From: Thermoanaerobaculia bacterium
Lineage (GTDB): Bacteria; Acidobacteriota; Thermoanaerobaculia; UBA5066
Direction: 5' to 3'
Length of the DNA stretch: 64,000 nucleotides
NCBI GenBank assembly: GCA_963719225.1
Contig: CAVRAY010000001.1
Coordinates: 3,232,001 to 3,296,000, forward strand
The first letter of the stretch is position 1; each line of letters begins with the position of its first letter. The position numbers and the translations under genes were made by a program. This document shows, piece by piece, positions 40,148 through 49,409 of the stretch. The notes beneath the pieces were generated by a model. It searched no databases, had not been told where the DNA came from, and saw nothing but the letters and a program-made list of their open reading frames with translations.

Positions 40148-41373
40148 TGCGAAGCATCGCCTATGTCTTGCGAGTCGTTTTTGGAATTGTTCTCTGGCTG
40201 CTCTTCCAAGCAACACCGGGGCAGGCGCAGGGATGTGCCACGAACGAGGGAAGAGGTGGCTATCCGGATGGGACAGGAACAGTTGCGGTTCATCCAACTG
40301 GTTCGGATCTTCCTCTCGATGGTATTCAGGGCGGCATCGACCTATGGAATAGTAGTTGCTCCAACTCGACGCAGCACAAGTACCCTGGGTTTGCGTTATC
40401 CAGTTCGGGAACCTGCTCTGCTGCTTGCGTCGATGTAGTATTTGTCCAAGGTCACAGTCCGACCCTTAACCCCGCCAACGGGCAGTACGCCCCAGCCAGC
40501 TCAAGTCCGGAGACGGGCACGATCTATATTTACTCTCAATATGGGAGCCCCTACTTCCTTCAGAATACCCCGCTGGATGCCCACAGCGTCGCTTACATGA
40601 TCGGACATGAGCTAGGCCACATGCTCGGTCTGGGCGAGGATAGCTGCGCATTTGGCGTCATGAATGGCTCGCGTTGGCCCGCCGGAAGTTTCGAGGTCGA
40701 TCCATCCGAGTGCGATATGGCAAACTTCTTGAATGTCACCAATTCGGAGCAATCGCCTCCCGGGCACGGATGCCCCGAAGTTTGCGCTGTCGATCCGGAA
40801 TCGTGCAGCCCACTCAACACCTGCCAGAGTCCAATCATAGTCAACCTCGACGGAAAAGGACTCGAGTTTAGCGGTCCCGATGACCCGGTACGCTTCGATT
40901 TGGGCGCGCTCGGATATAAAGAGCTGATCACATGGACGAAACGCGGTAGCAGCGACGCATTCCTCGTGTTGGATCTAAACGGCAATGGCTGCGTAGACAA
41001 CGGACGCGAGCTATTCGGGAACTACACACTGTTGTCTGATGGGCACATGGCAGGTAATGGCTATGTTGCACTAGCTCAGTATGATGAGCCTGCGGAAGGC
41101 GGAAATCGAGACGGAGTTATTGACAGGTTTGACGCCATCTATTCACGCCTGCGATTGTGGACTGATATTAATCATGACGGAATTGCGCAGGTCTCTGAAG
41201 TGGTGAGCCTAACCGATGCCGGGCTGGTAGCGCTTGATTTGAACTACCATCGAAGTGAGCGGCGAGACCGTTATGGCAATCGGCTGAGATTCATGAGCGA
41301 CGCCTGGATCCGCAAGGGCGGCCACGAACAACGTACCTCGACGGCCGACGTCTTTTTCATCCGGTTGCAGTGA
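40147..41373 (+). CDS. Secreted metzincin-like zinc protease fused to an FrpC-type self-processing-module-like Ca-binding domain
   Basis: HELGHMLGLGED plus GVMN Met-turn; SPIIVNLDGKG...DLNGNGCVDNGRELFG...LRLWTDINHDG. Confidence 0.75.
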   Translation: MRSIAYVLRVVFGIVLWLLFQATPGQAQGCATNEGRGGYPDGTGTVAVHPTGSDLPLDGIQGGIDLWNSSCSNSTQHKYPGFALSSSGTCSAACVDVVFVQGHSPTLNPANGQYAPASSSPETGTIYIYSQYGSPYFLQNTPLDAHSVAYMIGHELGHMLGLGEDSCAFGVMNGSRWPAGSFEVDPSECDMANFLNVTNSEQSPPGHGCPEVCAVDPESCSPLNTCQSPIIVNLDGKGLEFSGPDDPVRFDLGALGYKELITWTKRGSSDAFLVLDLNGNGCVDNGRELFGNYTLLSDGHMAGNGYVALAQYDEPAEGGNRDGVIDRFDAIYSRLRLWTDINHDGIAQVSEVVSLTDAGLVALDLNYHRSERRDRYGNRLRFMSDAWIRKGGHEQRTSTADVFFIRLQ

Positions 41374-41388
41374 TTTAGCGGTCGCGCG

Positions 41389-42498
41389 GTGAATGGTCTC
41401 CTACGCGCCTATGCCCTCGGCTTCGCCTTCGCTATTGCTCTTCCAGCGGCCAGCCAGACGATCACGACGATCGCCGGCGACGGCACGCACGCGTTCTCGC
41501 CGGACGGCAGCCTCGCGGCCACGTCCTCTCTGGCGCTCGCGCTCGATTCGGTCGCGAACGTCGTCGAGGACCGCGACGGCAATCTCGTCTTCTCGGAAGG
41601 CAACGCGGCACGCGTGCGTCGCATCCTGAGGAAGACGGGGGCGCTCGAGACGGTCGCGGGCAGCGGCCGCGCGGCATTCGCGGGCGACGGCGGCCCCGCC
41701 ACGGCGGCGGCTTTGAAAGCTCCGTCCGAGATCGCGATCGACCGCCGCGGCAATCTCTACATCGCCGATGCCGCGAACTACGTCCTCCGGCGCGTCGACG
41801 CGAAGACGAAGGTCATCACGACCATCGCCGGCATCCGCAGGAACACGTTCACCGGGGACGGCCCCGCCTTGGAGATCGCCCTCGCGCGTCCCGGCGGTGT
41901 GGCTTTCGATCGCAAGGGCAGGCTGCTCATTGCCGACACCATGAACGCTCGCTTGAGACGGCTCGACTTCACGTCCGGGCTGATCGAGACGCTTGCCGGA
42001 AGCGGCGACATGGTTTTCAACGGGCGGCCGGGAAAAGGGCTCGAGACCGGCATGGCACGGTTGAGCGCGCCGAGGTCCGACCGCGCGGGAAACGTCTGGT
42101 TCTGTGCGACCGGGAACAATCGCGTCCTGAAGCTGGACGTAAAGACGGGCCTCGTCGAGGTGGCCGCGGGTAACGGGCTGAACAGGTACGGCGGGGACGG
42201 CGGGCCGGGGCCGGACGCGCAGCTCAACCAGCCCTCATCGCTCGTCCTCGACGGCGCGGACAACGTCTTCATCGCGGATACGCTGAACCACGCGGTCCGA
42301 CGTCTCGACGCGAAGACGCGGATCCTGACGACGGTCGCGGGAGACGGCACGCCCGGTTTCGAGGGGGACGGCGGCCCCGCGGCGAAGGCGAAGCTCAACT
42401 TCCTCACCGGACTCGGCCTCGACGGCAAGGGCAACCTGTACGTCGTCGACGCGATCAACGCTCGCATCCGGAAGATAGAAGGCGTGGCGGTCCGATGA
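41389..42498 (+). CDS. Secreted NHL-repeat beta-propeller protein
   Basis: Repeated T.AG.G...GDGGPA...D..GNLYIAD. Confidence 0.85.
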   Translation: MNGLLRAYALGFAFAIALPAASQTITTIAGDGTHAFSPDGSLAATSSLALALDSVANVVEDRDGNLVFSEGNAARVRRILRKTGALETVAGSGRAAFAGDGGPATAAALKAPSEIAIDRRGNLYIADAANYVLRRVDAKTKVITTIAGIRRNTFTGDGPALEIALARPGGVAFDRKGRLLIADTMNARLRRLDFTSGLIETLAGSGDMVFNGRPGKGLETGMARLSAPRSDRAGNVWFCATGNNRVLKLDVKTGLVEVAAGNGLNRYGGDGGPGPDAQLNQPSSLVLDGADNVFIADTLNHAVRRLDAKTRILTTVAGDGTPGFEGDGGPAAKAKLNFLTGLGLDGKGNLYVVDAINARIRKIEGVAVR

Positions 42499-42521
42499 GC
42501 CGGATCGCCCTGGGAGATTCC

Positions 42522-43667
42522 ATGAAAAGCGTCCTCGTGGGAGTCCTGGTGTCCGCCCTGGCTCCGGTCGCTGCTGCCCAGTCTCCTCCCGTGGCTCCCG
42601 TCGCATGGGCGTTCGCCGTTTCGGGGGATTCCCGCGATTGCGGCAATCTCGTGGTCCCCAAGATCGCCCGATCCATCGAGAACGAGGCCGCGGGTCCGCC
42701 CGCGGAGCTCTACTGGCACCTCGGAGATTTCCGGCGGATGTACGACATCGACTGCGACATCCTGAAGCGCCGGCACCCTTCCTACGACTGTAAGACCCGG
42801 CCACCGGACCAGCTCGACCGCTTCGAGATGGCGGAATACCTCGACACCGCTTGGGACGATTTCATCGAGCGACAGCTCGGAGCCTTCAAGAAGACGCCCG
42901 TCTTCCTGGCGATCGGGAATCACGAGCTCTACGGCAAGACTCGCGACGATTACCGGAGGACCTTCGGCAGGTGGCTGCTGCAATCCCCGATTCACGAGCA
43001 GCGCGTCCTCGACAACGCGAAGGGCGTCTTCTCGAGCGAAGGGAGCACGTACTACCGCTTCGTGAGGAAGGGAGTCGATTTCATCGCCCTGGACAACGCG
43101 GACGAAGCCGGTTTCTCGCGGGAGCAGCTCGTCTGGCTCACGCGTGTCCTCGCTGCGGACGCTGCGGACGTTTCCGTGAAGACGATCGTCGTCGGCATGC
43201 ACGCGGCGCTGCCCTACAGCACGTCGCGCGGCCACGCCATGGACGCCACGTGCGCCGGACTCTGCTCCGGGCAGCAGGCTTACGATCTCCTCTACCGCGC
43301 TCAGGGCCTCGCGGGACCGCCCGAGAAGCGCAAGCACGTTTACGTCCTCGCGAGCCATTCGCATTACTTCCTGGAGAACATCTACGACACGCCCGAGCAT
43401 CGCGGTCAGGTGCTGCCCGGCTGGATCATCGGGACCGCGGGTGCGCAGCAATACCGCGAGACGATCCAGTACGGGTACACCCGGATGGAGGTCCTCTCGG
43501 ACGGCACGCTCCTGGCCCGCTTTCGGGAAGTCGGCGCCGACGCTCAGCCTCTTGCGTCGGGTCCCGGCGCGAAGGAGCTCACGGACTTCTGCTACCAGGT
43601 CAACAAGAGGCCGCCCGGCAACGACGCGTTCAAGGGCGACTGCGCCTGCGGCGCGGCCGGAAAGTAG
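42522..43667 (+). CDS. Secreted calcineurin-like metallophosphoesterase
   Basis: GDSR, HLGD, GNHE, MH, SHSH metal-binding motifs; GGAGA RBS. Confidence 0.8.
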   Translation: MKSVLVGVLVSALAPVAAAQSPPVAPVAWAFAVSGDSRDCGNLVVPKIARSIENEAAGPPAELYWHLGDFRRMYDIDCDILKRRHPSYDCKTRPPDQLDRFEMAEYLDTAWDDFIERQLGAFKKTPVFLAIGNHELYGKTRDDYRRTFGRWLLQSPIHEQRVLDNAKGVFSSEGSTYYRFVRKGVDFIALDNADEAGFSREQLVWLTRVLAADAADVSVKTIVVGMHAALPYSTSRGHAMDATCAGLCSGQQAYDLLYRAQGLAGPPEKRKHVYVLASHSHYFLENIYDTPEHRGQVLPGWIIGTAGAQQYRETIQYGYTRMEVLSDGTLLARFREVGADAQPLASGPGAKELTDFCYQVNKRPPGNDAFKGDCACGAAGK

Positions 43668-43682
43668 GCGGCGGCCGCCTTC

Positions 43683-44858
43683 TCAGCGGACGGTCTCGTA
43701 CCCGCCCGGCAGCCCATCCCTCGAAAGCACGAGCTGCCAGACGTCGTTGTAGCGAGCGCGGAACGAGCCCGCGCACGCGCGCAGGTAGTACGACCACAAG
43801 CGGTAGAAGCGGTCCGTGTAGCGCTCCCGGAGCCGGTCCCAGCCCGAGCGGAAGTTCGAGAACCAGGCCATCAAGGTGGGCTCGTAGTGCGGCCCGATGT
43901 TCTGCCAGTCCTCGAGGACGAAGAGGCCCTCGAGCGCCCCCGTGATCTGGGCCATCGAAGGAACGAGGCTGTTCGGGAAGATGTACTTTTCGATCCACGG
44001 GTCGCACGCGGCAGTGGACACCCGGCTCCCGATCGTGTGGAGGACGAGCAGACCTTCCGGAACCAGGCATCGGCGCGCGACGTCGAAGAACGTCCGGTAC
44101 TGCCGGACCCCGACGTGCTCGAACATGCCGACCGACACGATCGCGTCGAAGGTCCCCGTGAGGTCGCGATAGTCCTGAAGGAGGAGCTGCACCGGTAGCC
44201 CGGCGGTTCGCGCACGTCCCAGCTCGAGCTGCTCTTTCGAGACGGTGATCCCGACGGCCGAGACGCCGTACCGCTCCGCCGCGAACGAGGCGAAGGAGCC
44301 CCAGCCGCAGCCGATGTCGAGAACGCGCATGCCGGGCGCGAGGCGCGCCTTCCGGCAGAGGAGGTCCAGCTTCGCCTCCTGCGCTTCGTCCAGCGTCCGG
44401 GCCGAGGCCCAGTACCCGCAGCTGTACGTCATGCGCCGGTCGAGCATCGTCTCGTAGAGGTCGTTGCCGAGGTCGTAGTGGCGCTCGCCGATCTCGAACG
44501 CCTTCGACCGGCGCCCCGAGCTCCTCAGCCGCGCGAGGACGATTCGTGGGAGATCGCGCCAGACCCGGACTTCACGCGCCAGATCGGCGGACAGCAGGCG
44601 GTAGAAGAACGTCTCGAGCTCCTCGCAATCCCACCAGCCGTCGACGTAACTCTCCCCGAGGCCGAGCGAGCCGTTCGCAAGCACGCGATCGCAAAAGCGC
44701 CCGTTGCGGATCCTGGGATCCCACGGCGCGTCTCCATCGAGCGTGATGCCGGCGCGCGCGAAGAGATCCTGGAGAACGAGTCTGCTTCCGGGTATCCCCG
44801 GCTCTCTCTCGGTGAGCCAGGAGGGCTCGGCGTTGGGGGCGGTTGGAGCGAATTCCAT
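43683..44858 (-). CDS. cfa: Cyclopropane-fatty-acyl-phospholipid synthase
   Basis: GLGESYVDGWW, HYDLGN, YSCGYW, LDIGCGWG, SVGMFEHVG, YIFP. Confidence 0.92.
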   Translation of the reverse strand: MEFAPTAPNAEPSWLTEREPGIPGSRLVLQDLFARAGITLDGDAPWDPRIRNGRFCDRVLANGSLGLGESYVDGWWDCEELETFFYRLLSADLAREVRVWRDLPRIVLARLRSSGRRSKAFEIGERHYDLGNDLYETMLDRRMTYSCGYWASARTLDEAQEAKLDLLCRKARLAPGMRVLDIGCGWGSFASFAAERYGVSAVGITVSKEQLELGRARTAGLPVQLLLQDYRDLTGTFDAIVSVGMFEHVGVRQYRTFFDVARRCLVPEGLLVLHTIGSRVSTAACDPWIEKYIFPNSLVPSMAQITGALEGLFVLEDWQNIGPHYEPTLMAWFSNFRSGWDRLRERYTDRFYRLWSYYLRACAGSFRARYNDVWQLVLSRDGLPGGYETVR

Positions 44859-44927
44859 CGCTCTCTCTCTCGAAGCGAATTCTGTGCCGCGATTATCGCC
44901 GGTGTCAACGCCGCGCTCTCTCGGGAA

Positions 44928-45404
44928 CTAGCGTCCGGCGGCGACGGCGCCGCGCGGCGAATCGATGCCGAGAGCTCGCGACGCGCGGGAGGCGACCTCG
45001 AGGAGGGAGACCGTCGCGGGACGGCGAGGCTCTGGGCCTGCCCCCGTCGTCTCGGTGCCGAAGGGGCTGCCCGGCTCACGAAAGTGGTTCGCGATGATTC
45101 CGTTCCGTGCCGGCAGCGCCCCCGTGATCGCGGCGACGTGGGCGGCGGGCGTCAGGGACGGCGTGACGTCCACGGCGCGCCCGGCGAGGAGGCCGCGCTG
45201 GGCGATCGTCGAGAAGCCGCCGGCCGTCAGCTTCCCCCGGGACAGAAGCTCGTTCAGCCTCACGCCGCCGAGACCATCGAACGAGATGACCACCGTGCGT
45301 CCCGCGGGTGCGGGTGGCGCCGACGCGCACCGCACGAGCGCGACGACGCCGAACGCGAGCGCCGCCGCTCGGCGCGGACTAAACCGACGAAGCCAGTTCC
45401 TCAA
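44928..45404 (-). pseudogene. Alkaline phosphatase superfamily (NPP/phosphodiesterase) gene with a large internal in-frame deletion
   Basis: VVISFDG, PSLTPAAH..ITG..P..NGIIAN joined almost directly to a C-terminal-like VSLLEVAS...LGID; only 158 aa. Confidence 0.65.
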
Positions 45405-47167
45405 GTGAGCCTAGGGTGCCACGGAGATCGCCCCGAGAGGTTCCCGATCTGCTGTGCGCTGCGACGCAAGCCCTCGAGCCGCCCGAGCTCGGCGGCGACG
45501 CTCGCGTCGCCTTCGGCGTGCCGTGCTTTCGCTCGCTCGAGCGCGCTCACGGCGGACTGAACGGCCTCCGAGAGGCGTGATCGGATCTCGGCCTCGAGGC
45601 GGCGCCGGCTCTCGCGCACGCGCTCGATGAGGTCGTTCTGGATGCGTGCGCTGTTCGAAGAAAGGAGCCGCTCGAGATACGCGGCGGCGTCGCGGGAGAC
45701 CGCGCGGCGAAGCGCTCCCCTCGTCCGGAAACGGTCCAGGATCCAGGAGAAAAGTGACGGCTGTGCCACCGCGAGGAGCTCCGTGTAGAACAGCCGGGAC
45801 TTCGCCCGGAATCCGGCCTCGGGGCCCAGCTCTTTCGGGAACATCTCGAGTCCGAGCTCGCCGGACTTCAGGAAGCGCCGGAGAAACTCGTTTCCGAGAG
45901 TGAGGAAGCGTTCGGCGGCTCCGCGATAGAGCGCCTCGGCGGCCGGCTGCTCGGACGCGAGCCACGCGTCGAGGCAGCGCCGGGCGATTGCGACGGCCGC
46001 GTCCTGAGCCCGGGCTCGGAGCGGGCGGAGCGAGGTTACCGAAGCTGCCGTCTCGATCTCGCGCACGAGGTCCCGCACGGCCGATTCGAGAGCGGCGGCG
46101 AGAAACGTCTCGCGGTCTTTCTCGAACCTTTTCGTGAGCCGGTCGACCTCCGCCATCAGGAGATAGCCGAGGTCGGCCATCGAGCGCTCGGCCTCCGCCA
46201 CCGACGCGGTGAGGCTCCCGATTCGTTTCTCCGACTCCGCGACCGGCCGAACGAGCGCGTCTCGCTGCTCGTCGAGCTCGGCGATCAGCCGCCCGAGAAA
46301 CCGCTTGATCGCCCTTTGCTCGGCGTCACGCACGAGGGAAGCGCCCGAGTCGCGCGCGAGGCGGTCGAGCGCGGTTTCCAGCTTCTCCCAGTCGCGCGTC
46401 GGGCCCGAGAGGAGCCTCTCGGTCGCGCTGACCATCAGGAGGGGAGAGGGGCGCGGGCCCAGCCGCTCCTTCAGGACACGTTCCGTGAACCGGGCGGCTT
46501 CGGCCGACTCGACGGCCGGTAGCCGGTCGGCCTTGTTGAGGACGAAGAACAGGTTCTCGACGTGGCGCGAGACCTCCTCGACGAGGGCAAGCTCCTCGCC
46601 GGAGATGGGGGGGTCGGAGCCCAGTACGACGATCGCCGCGTCGACGTGCGGGACGAACGCGCGCGTCGTCGTCGTGTTCCCGGCGAAGACCGAGCCGATG
46701 CCGGGCGTGTCCACGAGGCACATTCCCGAAGCGAGGAGCGGGCTCGGCACGAAGACCTCCACCGCCTCGACGCCGATCCTGTTCTCCGAATTACTCTCCT
46801 CGGAGACGTAAGCCGCGAGGTCGTCCGGTGGGACGTCCCGCCACGAGCCTCCCGAGCAGCGCACCCGGGCCGAGAGGCGCTCGCCCCAGCGCAGGACCGT
46901 CGCGACCGACGTGACGGGCAGGACGCCCACCGGGAGGACCGCGCTGCCGGCGAGCGCGTTCAGGAGGCTGGACTTCCCCCGCTTGAACTGCCCGACACAG
47001 GCCACGTAGAAGCGGCCTTCCGCGACCCGCTCGGAAACAGTCGTCGCTTCCGAGGCGATCCGCGGAGCGCCTGCCTCGGACGCGAGCCGCGCGAGGTCCC
47101 GCAGGCCGGCGGCGGGGGGCGCTTCGGCCTCGATGAGCGGGCGGCTCGAATCCTGCTGCTGAAGCAC
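45401..47167 (-). CDS. Bacterial dynamin-like GTPase
   Basis: G1 GQFKRGKSS, G2 LPVT, G3 DTPG, G4 NKAD, helical stalk; GTG start 6 nt after AGGAG. Confidence 0.88.
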   Translation of the reverse strand: MLQQQDSSRPLIEAEAPPAAGLRDLARLASEAGAPRIASEATTVSERVAEGRFYVACVGQFKRGKSSLLNALAGSAVLPVGVLPVTSVATVLRWGERLSARVRCSGGSWRDVPPDDLAAYVSEESNSENRIGVEAVEVFVPSPLLASGMCLVDTPGIGSVFAGNTTTTRAFVPHVDAAIVVLGSDPPISGEELALVEEVSRHVENLFFVLNKADRLPAVESAEAARFTERVLKERLGPRPSPLLMVSATERLLSGPTRDWEKLETALDRLARDSGASLVRDAEQRAIKRFLGRLIAELDEQRDALVRPVAESEKRIGSLTASVAEAERSMADLGYLLMAEVDRLTKRFEKDRETFLAAALESAVRDLVREIETAASVTSLRPLRARAQDAAVAIARRCLDAWLASEQPAAEALYRGAAERFLTLGNEFLRRFLKSGELGLEMFPKELGPEAGFRAKSRLFYTELLAVAQPSLFSWILDRFRTRGALRRAVSRDAAAYLERLLSSNSARIQNDLIERVRESRRRLEAEIRSRLSEAVQSAVSALERAKARHAEGDASVAAELGRLEGLRRSAQQIGNLSGRSPWHPRLT

Positions 47168-47184
47168 GGGCAACTCCTACCTGA

Positions 47185-47234
47185 GGTAGGAGTCATCAGC
47201 CCTCGCAAGGCGGTTCAGGCGGACTCCATCGCCC
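47185..47234 (-). ncRNA. Fluoride riboswitch (crcB motif)
   Basis: Minus strand reads GGCGATGGAGTCCGCC-TGAACCGCCTTGCGAGGGCTGATGACTCCTAC, matching the consensus GGYGAUGG..CGCC...AAC.GC...GCUGAUG.CUCCUAC; followed by an anti-SD hairpin. Confidence 0.93.
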
Positions 47235-47336
47235 TTCGTTCTGCCAAACTATACAGCGCGGACGATCCTCCCGCCTGGCGGCTTCGAGCTGCGGGGGGGT
47301 CAGTTCTGGATCAACGGGAGAGCGTAAAATGGACTC

Positions 47337-47663
47337 ATGGGCGTCTCCTGCGAGCGCTTGAATCTGCTGCTCGTCGCGTTCGCGTTCTTCTTCGCATGCG
47401 TACACGGACCCGAGCGGCGTCACCAGAGCCCTGCGAGTTCCCTCGGCCTTTCTGGCGCCTGCTCGTTCGAGGCGGCCGCACCCGACGCTGACAACGGCAA
47501 CCCCGAGGCTGGTCAGGAGTTCCACGAGAGCGCCGCGGCGGTCGAAGCCCTGCCGCAGGTTGGCTTCCGCACCGAATCGCGATTTGCGCGTCGCAACCTG
47601 AAGGACCCCCGCGAGGGACGTCTCGTAGGTTTCGGCGAAACCCCGCCTCCCCGGGCGGCGTAG
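47337..47663 (+). CDS. Small exported or leader-type protein ending in PPPRAA
   Basis: TAAAAT -10 (47325-47330) 6 nt before the ATG; N-terminal hydrophobic segment. Confidence 0.5.
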   Translation: MGVSCERLNLLLVAFAFFFACVHGPERRHQSPASSLGLSGACSFEAAAPDADNGNPEAGQEFHESAAAVEALPQVGFRTESRFARRNLKDPREGRLVGFGETPPPRAA

Positions 47664-47731
47664 CGCCCCGCGCCGGAACAGGCGCGCGCCTCGAGCTGCC
47701 CAACCCGCAGAGAAGAAAGGGGAATGTCCCT

Positions 47732-47902
47732 ATGTCTGATCTCCGTCCGGATTCCGTGCAACCTCCACCCTCATCGTCCGTCCCCGTCCCTGACTTCACG
47801 CCGATCGTCAAGGAACGCCGCTCGCCCGTCGTCTTGATCCTCGGCGTGGTTGCGGCGCTCGCCGCCACGGTGCTCTTCATCCTCGCAAGCACAGTGTCGT
47901 GA
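47732..47902 (+). CDS. Small single-TM protein, 56 aa (not in the ORF track)
   Basis: AAAGGGGA RBS; MSDLRPDSVQPPPSSSVPVPDFTPIVKERRSPVVLILGVVAALAATVLFILASTVS*. Confidence 0.6.
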   Translation: MSDLRPDSVQPPPSSSVPVPDFTPIVKERRSPVVLILGVVAALAATVLFILASTVS

Positions 47903-48003
47903 CTGTCACTCGTCAAGATAAGCGTGATCTGCTCAAGGTGGCGGCGTTCGTCGGCGCAGTCGTCGTCATCATCGTGCTGCTCAAGATGATTCTCGGCTAT
48001 TGA
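47899..48003 (+). CDS. Small single-TM protein, 34 aa (not in the ORF track)
   Basis: GTGA overlap upstream and TGATG overlap downstream; MTVTRQDKRDLLKVAAFVGAVVVIIVLLKMILGY*. Confidence 0.6.
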   Translation: MTVTRQDKRDLLKVAAFVGAVVVIIVLLKMILGY

Positions 48004-49322
48004 TGCGGGTCGGCGTGCGCTGGTTCCGCCCGTCACTCTTCCTCTTTTTGTTCGTCCCGGCTTCCGCCCTGGCGGCGGAGGCCGGGGCGGCGCACACCGA
48101 TCCCGTGTCGGGGCTCGTGCTCTGGCTGGCCGTGATCCTGATCGCCGCCAAGCTCGGGGGCGACCTGGCGGCGCGCCTCGGCCAGCCTTCGGTGCTGGGC
48201 GAGCTGCTCTTCGGCGTGCTTCTCGGGAACCTCGGCCTCCTCGGTGTCACGGCTCTCGAGCCGATGAAGACCGATGCCGGAATCGACATCCTCGCGCGTC
48301 TCGGCGTGCTGATCCTCCTCTTCGAGGTCGGGCTCGAGTCGACCGTTGGTCAGATGCTGAAGGTCGGCGCCTCTTCCCTCCTCGTGGCGGTCCTCGGCGT
48401 GATCGCCCCTTTCGGCCTCGGCTGGGCGGTTGGCGCCTGGCTGCTGCCGGACCACAGCGCGTTCGTTCACGCGTTTCTGGGCGCGACGCTGTCGGCCACG
48501 AGCGTAGGGATCACGGCGCGCGTGCTGAAGGACCTCGGCAAGTCGTCCAGTCGGGAGGCACGCATCATCCTCGGGGCCGCCGTCATCGACGACGTTCTCG
48601 GCCTCGTCATCCTCGCCGCGATCACGGGCATCATCGAGGCCGCGAACCGCGGCGGCGAGCTGTCGGCCGCGAGCATCGGGTCCATTTTCGTCAAGGCTGT
48701 CCTGTTCCTGGTCGGATCGCTCGCGCTCGGCGTCGCGTTCTCCAGAAAGCTCTTTTCGGTCGCATCGCGCCTCCGGGCGCGCGGTGTCCTCCTCGCCGCC
48801 GGTCTCGCCTTCTGCTTCCTGCTCTCCTGGCTCTCGAGCCTCATCGGTCTGGCGCCGATCGTCGGGGCCTTTGCGGCGGGCTTGATACTCGAAGAGTCGC
48901 ATTACGAAGACTTCGTGGAGAAGGGCGAGCACGAGCTGGAGGAGCTCGTCCATCCCATCTCGCAGTTCCTGGTTCCCGTGTTCTTCGTCCTCATGGGGCT
49001 GCAGACGGACCTCCGCTCGTTCTTGCGCCCCGGGGTTCTCGGCCTTGCCTCGGCGCTCACCTTCGCGGCGATCCTTGGCAAGCAGGCGTGCGCCGCAGGC
49101 GCCCTCGGCAAGGGACTGAATCGCGTCGCGATCGGGATCGGCATGGTTCCACGCGGCGAGGTCGGCCTCATCTTCGCGAACATCGGCCTCGCACTCATGG
49201 TGAACGGCGAGCGTGTCGTCGATCCTTCCATCTACTCCGCCGTTCTCGTGATGGTGATCGTGACGACGATGATCACGCCGCCCGCGCTCAAGTGGGCGAT
49301 GGAGCGCCGAAATAGCCTCTGA
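48003..49322 (+). CDS. Cation:proton antiporter, CPA2 (NapA-like)
   Basis: GQPSVLGEL, LFEVGLES, ATSVGIT, AAVIDDVLG, GMVPRGEV. Confidence 0.92.
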   Translation: MRVGVRWFRPSLFLFLFVPASALAAEAGAAHTDPVSGLVLWLAVILIAAKLGGDLAARLGQPSVLGELLFGVLLGNLGLLGVTALEPMKTDAGIDILARLGVLILLFEVGLESTVGQMLKVGASSLLVAVLGVIAPFGLGWAVGAWLLPDHSAFVHAFLGATLSATSVGITARVLKDLGKSSSREARIILGAAVIDDVLGLVILAAITGIIEAANRGGELSAASIGSIFVKAVLFLVGSLALGVAFSRKLFSVASRLRARGVLLAAGLAFCFLLSWLSSLIGLAPIVGAFAAGLILEESHYEDFVEKGEHELEELVHPISQFLVPVFFVLMGLQTDLRSFLRPGVLGLASALTFAAILGKQACAAGALGKGLNRVAIGIGMVPRGEVGLIFANIGLALMVNGERVVDPSIYSAVLVMVIVTTMITPPALKWAMERRNSL

Positions 49323-49409
49323 TTGCCGGCGAAAGACGCCCGAAAAGGCCGCCGATGAAGGGTGGCTCCATCGCCGTCGTTGCGGATTCAAGTATAACGT
49401 CTCGCGCGT

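Noticed and set aside
49295-49375. Possible second fluoride riboswitch before crcB (GGCGATGGAGC with its 11-bp complement at 49365-49375)
   Set aside because: It lies within the antiporter's last codons and lacks the AAC.GC and GCTGATG..CCTAC elements; only an inverted repeat is supported. An Infernal scan would settle it
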